DNA of 64,000 nt, from IMG/VR virus record IMGVR_UViG_3300046715_000149, positions 2,493 to 66,492 of that record. One strand, given 5' to 3'. The stretch is from a virus. The position numbers and the translations under genes were made by a program. Below, piece by piece: positions 59,643 through 64,000 of this stretch (its first letter is position 1; every line of letters begins with the position of its first letter). Below the pieces are notes generated by a model. That model did not search any database. It was given only the letters and a program-made list of their open reading frames with translations, and was not told the DNA's origin.

Positions 59643-59666
59643 CTTCCGGGGTCGAGCACCCGGACA

Positions 59667-59709
59667 GAGAACCGCCCCCGAACCGTCGCGGCCCGGGGGC
59701 GGTTTTTCT
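59667..59709. terminator. terminator between convergent arms
   Basis: AACCGCCCCCG / CGGGGGCGGTT followed by TTTCT. Confidence 0.8.
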
Positions 59710-59719
59710 GTGTCCGGAG

Positions 59720-60148
59720 CTAGTGCTTGTGGTCGCGGCAGTGCACGACGACGCCGGGGCAGTCGCCCTTGCGGCGGGTCACCAGCGCGAGTCCGATCCC
59801 GCCGAGGACGACCAGCGCGCCGAGCGCGGCCGGGCGGTCCAGCGCGCCGGCCATGGATCGAAGCGCGAGGTAGAGCAGGCTGACGCCCGCAGCGAGCACG
59901 ACGGTCAGGATGCTGCCACCGATCAGCATCGGCTTGAGCACCGGGTGCCGTTTACCCCACGCGATCGGCTGGTCGACCAGCACCGTCACGTCGGCGGTCA
60001 CCGTGCCGTCGCCGTTGCGGCGCAGGGCCACAGCGCGCGGGTCGGTCACCAGACGGCCCTGTCGGTACTGGGTGAGCAGGGCCGCGCGGACCTGCGGGGC
60101 CGTGCCCACGATCGGCAGGTTGCGCGGCACGAGGTTGCTGCTGGTCAT
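59720..60148 (-). CDS. two-TM membrane protein with C-terminal CPG..HC..H motif
   Basis: SD GAGAGGGG; hydrophobic C-terminal half. Confidence 0.65.
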   Translation of the reverse strand: MTSSNLVPRNLPIVGTAPQVRAALLTQYRQGRLVTDPRAVALRRNGDGTVTADVTVLVDQPIAWGKRHPVLKPMLIGGSILTVVLAAGVSLLYLALRSMAGALDRPAALGALVVLGGIGLALVTRRKGDCPGVVVHCRDHKH

Positions 60149-60209
60149 CGTCTGCCCCTCTCGGTGATCTGATGATAGAGCATCGGGCATACAGTGCGTC
60201 CTTGCTCAC

Positions 60210-60250
60210 GACAAAGCCCCTGCTCGGGGGTCGGGAGCAGGGGCTTTGTC
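60210..60250 (-). terminator. 16-bp stem hairpin terminator
   Basis: GACAAAGCCCCTGCTC / GAGCAGGGGCTTTGTC. Confidence 0.8.
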
Positions 60251-60265
60251 CGGGGTGGGGAAGGA

Positions 60266-60643
60266 TCAGGAGGCGAGCAGCGCCACTGCGTACGCGCCCA
60301 GGCCGAGCCAGACGAGAACGGTGAGCAGGCCGCGGACGATCAGGAACGGCGCCGAGGGAACCTCCACCCGCCAGGCGGCGACCGTGCCGATCGCGGCGAC
60401 GGTCGCTACTAGGATGAAGCCGATGGGCAGGTGGCCGAGGCCCGGACCCGCGCCGGTGAAGAGCGGGACGAACACGTGCGCGAACAGCCACCACGCGCCG
60501 AGGCCGATCGTGCCGGCCCCGACCAGGATGCCGGTGGGCACGGCGCCGAAACGCCGGAAGCGCAGCCAGCGGGCGTGCCGGGTGCCGTAGTCGGCAGCAG
60601 CGGCGCGTTCAGCCGTGGCGTTCCACTCTTCCTTGCTCAGCAT
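60266..60643 (-). CDS. three-TM membrane protein
   Basis: Hydrophobic; SD GAGAGG. Confidence 0.65.
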   Translation of the reverse strand: MLSKEEWNATAERAAAADYGTRHARWLRFRRFGAVPTGILVGAGTIGLGAWWLFAHVFVPLFTGAGPGLGHLPIGFILVATVAAIGTVAAWRVEVPSAPFLIVRGLLTVLVWLGLGAYAVALLAS

Positions 60644-60738
60644 CCCGGTTACCTCTCGTCTCCCCTCGGTGTCTCCATTAGAACACGGAGCGTCGTCACC
60701 GCCTCGTCATCGCGCTGACGATATGGTCGCGCAGTAGA

Positions 60739-61023
60739 TCACGGGCCGTAATCCGCTCGTCGGGCTTTGAGCGTGTAGGCGTCCAGATCGTTACGCAGGG
60801 CATCGATCCGAGCGATCACGTACGGGCCATCTTCCTTGTCATCCAGTTCGCCGCGCGAGCGGAGTTCGGCCAGCAGTTCGGCACCGGTTGCGTTAGCCAG
60901 TCCGTGGCTGTTCATCGCCTCGACGACCAGCGCGGCGTCTTCGGCGGTGAACATGACGCCGATGTACGCGCCGTCGCGATAGAGGTTCTGCGGCTGGTGG
61001 TTGCCGACGCGGTAGGCGGTCAC
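60739..61023 (-). CDS. hypothetical protein
   Basis: YRVGNHQPQNLY...IGVMFTAEDAALVVEAMN. Confidence 0.6.
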   Translation of the reverse strand: MTAYRVGNHQPQNLYRDGAYIGVMFTAEDAALVVEAMNSHGLANATGAELLAELRSRGELDDKEDGPYVIARIDALRNDLDAYTLKARRADYGP

Positions 61024-61253
61024 GGCTCGACCCTCGGCGCAGCGGTGAGTGTCCAGGTCTTCGCGCCGTTCGCAGCCACACCGGCCGCACGGACCTCGCC
61101 ATAGCCGACGAGCCGCTTGATCGAGCCGCGCACGTGGGTGACGCTGAGGAGGAGCTGGTCGGAGATCTCGCCGATGGTCTCCGGCACTTCGCCCCTGCGG
61201 ATCAGGTTCGCGAGGTGGTCGGTGACCTGGCGGTCGACGTGGTCGGTGGCCAT
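61020..61253 (-). CDS. winged-helix DNA-binding protein
   Basis: TIGEISDQLLLSVTHVRGSIKRLV..GEV; SD GGAGGAGG. Confidence 0.7.
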   Translation of the reverse strand: MATDHVDRQVTDHLANLIRRGEVPETIGEISDQLLLSVTHVRGSIKRLVGYGEVRAAGVAANGAKTWTLTAAPRVEP

Positions 61254-61254
61254 G

Positions 61255-62182
61255 TCAGCCCTCCTCCGTTCCGGCGGCGAGGCGGGCGTGGTGGTCGGCT
61301 GCGGGCAGCGGCAGCGTGCCGCTTCCCTCGCAGGGCACCTTGTGCCAGCGGCCGGGCTCCGAGCGCATGTGTTTGACGGTGAGTCCGGCCTTGGTCAGCT
61401 TGGGCCAGTCGCGGCAGGTCTGGCATTGGCCCCGCGTCTGGTCGGCCCAGTCGGGGCGCGCATCCGCTTGGTTGTTGAGGGTGGTCACGTGGTTTCTCCT
61501 GGCGTGAGGGCTTGGTGGTCGGCACGGCGGGCGGCGTGGTCAGTTCGTCAGCACCAGCCCGGGATGACCGAGGACCGCTCCCGGGTTCGGGCAGCGGGAG
61601 GGGACGACGGTGGCGATGTGGATGAGGATGTCCAACTGGGTTTTCAGGTCGCCGAACGTCCAGAAGAGCGCGTCGGCGTCCCGCCGAGCCTTTCCGAGAG
61701 CGGCCGAATATTCCTCGGCGTAACTGAACGCGCGGGCCGGCGGCATTCCCGCCGCGATGGCGGCATTCGCGAGGCGGTCGGCGATGTCGGCTGCCTCATT
61801 GTCGGCGACCCGTTGGAGCACCTCCCTGGCCTTTCGCTGAATGTCACGGACCGCTTCGGCCGTGGCCTCGAGGTCGTGCAGGAGTCGGATGGTGTCAGAT
61901 GGATTGTGCATGTTTCCCCAATTCCTCGGCGTGCTTCTCGGACAGTGCCTTGACCTTCTCGGCGGCCCGGCCGGCGGCGCGCAGGGCGTCCGCAAACTCG
62001 GTGAGGGTGCGTTCCGCCTCCTCCGCAACCTCGGCCGCACGCTCGGGCGGCATGCCGTGCTCGATCGCGGCGGCCACGGTGGCTTTGCGGCTTGCGGACA
62101 TCTCGTCTGCGGGCACCTCTGCGGACGCACGGACATCCGCAGACAGGTAGATGACCACCTCGATCAGCTCAAACAGATCCAT
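61255..62182 (-). other. three hypothetical ORFs (61255-61488, 61540-61911, 61895-62182)
   Basis: Coupled ORFs downstream of the TraA-like gene. Confidence 0.55.
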
Positions 62183-62190
62183 GGGGTTCC

Positions 62191-62553
62191 TCAGTCGAAG
62201 TCGAAGCCAGAACCACGGCCGCCAGAGCGCGGCGCGGCGGTGGCGTGGATGGTGTAGAAGCGCTCGTGCGACAGGCGGAAAGCCTTGCCCATCGCCTCGG
62301 CGGCGGCGGCACACTGGCCCATCGGCTTGGTCACCGAGCGGGCATAGGCCCGCAGATCGACGCGGGCCCACGCCAGCTTCTGCGCCCACTTGCTGCCGGT
62401 CTTGGGCGTGCGCAGGCGATGGTTCGTCTGCGCCGAGATGACCTGGAGCTTGGTGTAGATCTCGTTGCTCAGCGCGGACATGCGCCGCTCCAGGTCGTTG
62501 AACTCGGCCTTGTTCCTCGGTGCCACGAGCCACGGAAGCATCTCGTCAGCCAC
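62191..62553 (-). CDS. TraA-like plasmid transfer accessory protein
   Basis: Helical ~120 aa with ARSVTKPM...AAAAEAMGKAF...F and a terminal GFDFD, recalled as similar to Streptomyces TraA; adjacent to traB. Confidence 0.45.
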   Translation of the reverse strand: MADEMLPWLVAPRNKAEFNDLERRMSALSNEIYTKLQVISAQTNHRLRTPKTGSKWAQKLAWARVDLRAYARSVTKPMGQCAAAAEAMGKAFRLSHERFYTIHATAAPRSGGRGSGFDFD

Positions 62554-62587
62554 GATCGTCCCCTCTCGTTTGATCACGGTGCGTTGC

Positions 62588-62712
62588 CGTCAGGCGTGTG
62601 TCAGGTCACCTGTCAGGCCGGTGTCAGGGGGTGTCAGTGGATCTCTGACACCCTGGGATTCCCTTAAGGAAAAGAGGCGACCGGCGACCCCTGACACCTC
62701 CGTCGGTGTCAG
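62588..62712. repeat. clt-like array of (G)GTGTCAG(G) repeats
   Basis: Eight copies (six direct, two inverted) in 125 bp directly downstream of the traB stop. Confidence 0.75.
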
Positions 62713-62723
62713 CGGGTGTTTGA

Positions 62724-64000
62724 TCACTGGGAGTGATCGTCGCCGGAGGTCGGCCGGATGCGGTACTGACCCTTCCGGGGGTCGCCGTGCCGCTCGATGA
62801 TCACGCCGTCCTCGACCGAGCCGCCGTCCATCAGCACGCCGGTCAGCCAGTTCGACACCCACGGCCGGGAGCGCAGGCCGAGCTCGGCGAACACCTGGGC
62901 CACCGTGACGATCACGGTGCCGGGCACCTTCCGGTCGGCGTAGCGCGGATCGGCCAGCATCCGGATCAGGGTGGCGCGGCCCTCGGTCCGGGCCTGCTCG
63001 GCGCTGACCGCGGCCGGCTTGTCGTCCTCGGCGCTGTCGGCCAGCGGGTCGACGTCCATGTCCGGCGGCCGGAACTCGACGCGGGTGTCCATGCCCTTGA
63101 TCGCCTCGGTGTCGTCGTCGTTGCCGTACAGCTCGATGCCGTCGACCTCGGTCGTCTCCGCAACGTCCTGCTCGAACTCGGCCATCATCTCCTCCATCTC
63201 CTCGGGGTCGATCGCGTCCTCGTCGTCCGCAACCGGTTGTCGGTTCTGCGGGGCCTGCGGGCGCGGGTTGCGGGTTGCGGGGCGGGACTCGTTTGCGGAT
63301 TGCGGGGACAACATGCGGGTCCGCAAGTCCAGCGTCTTTGCGGACTGCTCGGCCCACCAGCCGTCGGTCGCCTCGGCCGAGCCGCGATCGAGGCGCGCCA
63401 TTCTCGGAGCGCTCGCCAGATTGCGGCGCAGCATCTCGGTCGTGTAGCGGTCGTTGAGCGTGTCGAAATCGATCGGGCGACCGTTCGCGTCATTCGGATC
63501 ACCGACGAGAAAGCGGGTCTTGAGCGCTATCGGGAACCGCGTCTCGTCGATTCCGGGGCCGATCATGTAGTGCTGGCCGGGCTTGCGCTGACCCCATTTG
63601 CCGGGCGAGGCGCCGGCCATCCGGACCTCGGTGTCGAGGATGAACTCCTCCTCGTCGGTCGAGTTCATGCCGTGCACGAACCACAGGCCGATGTTCGCGC
63701 GCAGGTCGGTCGGCATCGCCTTCCAGTCCGGGCGCTGCAGCGACCACCCCGAGTTGATGCCGAGCGACAGACCCTTGCTGGCGATGTGGCCGGCCAGACC
63801 GGCCAGCCGGCCCGAGGCGAGGATCGAGTCCGCCTCGCCGAAGTGGGCGGTCAGGAACGGCATGGGCTCCATCGGCACACGGCGGCCGCCGACGATCGCG
63901 GTCGGACGCCGGTCCGGGTCCGGGTCACAGCAGCGCGGCGACCACGCCGAGACAGCGAACCGGGCGAGCTGCTGCTGGCGGTAGATCATGATGGCCTTGA
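62724..64000 (-). CDS. traB: TraB-like FtsK/SpoIIIE conjugative DNA translocase (5' end outside window)
   Basis: SLQRP...MPTDLRAN, GASPGKWGQRKPG..Y..GPGIDE.R, acidic linker, C-terminal wHTH with RSRPWVS. Confidence 0.8.
   Translation of the reverse strand, partial: KAIMIYRQQQLARFAVSAWSPRCCDPDPDRRPTAIVGGRRVPMEPMPFLTAHFGEADSILASGRLAGLAGHIASKGLSLGINSGWSLQRPDWKAMPTDLRANIGLWFVHGMNSTDEEEFILDTEVRMAGASPGKWGQRKPGQHYMIGPGIDETRFPIALKTRFLVGDPNDANGRPIDFDTLNDRYTTEMLRRNLASAPRMARLDRGSAEATDGWWAEQSAKTLDLRTRMLSPQSANESRPATRNPRPQAPQNRQPVADDEDAIDPEEMEEMMAEFEQDVAETTEVDGIELYGNDDDTEAIKGMDTRVEFRPPDMDVDPLADSAEDDKPAAVSAEQARTEGRATLIRMLADPRYADRKVPGTVIVTVAQVFAELGLRSRPWVSNWLTGVLMDGGSVEDGVIIERHGDPRKGQYRIRPTSGDDHSQ

Noticed and set aside
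60185-60200. GGCATACAGT as a further regulon motif copy
   Set aside because: Lacks GGGAG and faces away from the adjacent gene.
1-64000. Integrase/attP, ParAB, DNA polymerase, host chromosomal genes
   Set aside because: No supporting motifs seen; they may lie outside the window, so lifestyle remains unresolved.

Overview
High-GC actinomycete siphophage-like genome. It is nearly complete and is truncated at both window edges inside minus-strand genes. Layout: (1) leftward accessory arm, 1-7022, with a GIY-YIG fragment, DUF2637/Spd-like membrane proteins, a clamp-like protein, a J-domain protein, a ~700-nt structured ncRNA and an HTH gene; (2) rightward early/replication arm, 7131-31608, with YqaJ exonuclease, DEDDh exonuclease, ERF, an RHH regulator, an SF2 helicase carrying a class-3 intein, DNA MTase, NDT-like, beta clamp, MazG-like, FHA, a DUF3987-like helicase plus ori-like region, RusA, thermonuclease, HNH and a globin; (3) packaging, head, tail and lysis genes, 31691-59642, interrupted by antisense inserts; (4) leftward arm, 59720-64000, with a Streptomyces-plasmid-type TraB translocase, a clt-like repeat array and a TraA-like gene. 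Most notable: a tailed phage apparently carrying an actinomycete conjugation module, a large ornate ncRNA with an embedded tRNA-like domain, a second aberrant tRNA-like gene, a 9-copy GGGAGTACAGT promoter/operator regulon, a phage globin and a secreted GDPD. No integrase, ParA, DNA polymerase or CRISPR is visible. All family calls come from motif recognition by eye, not database searches.
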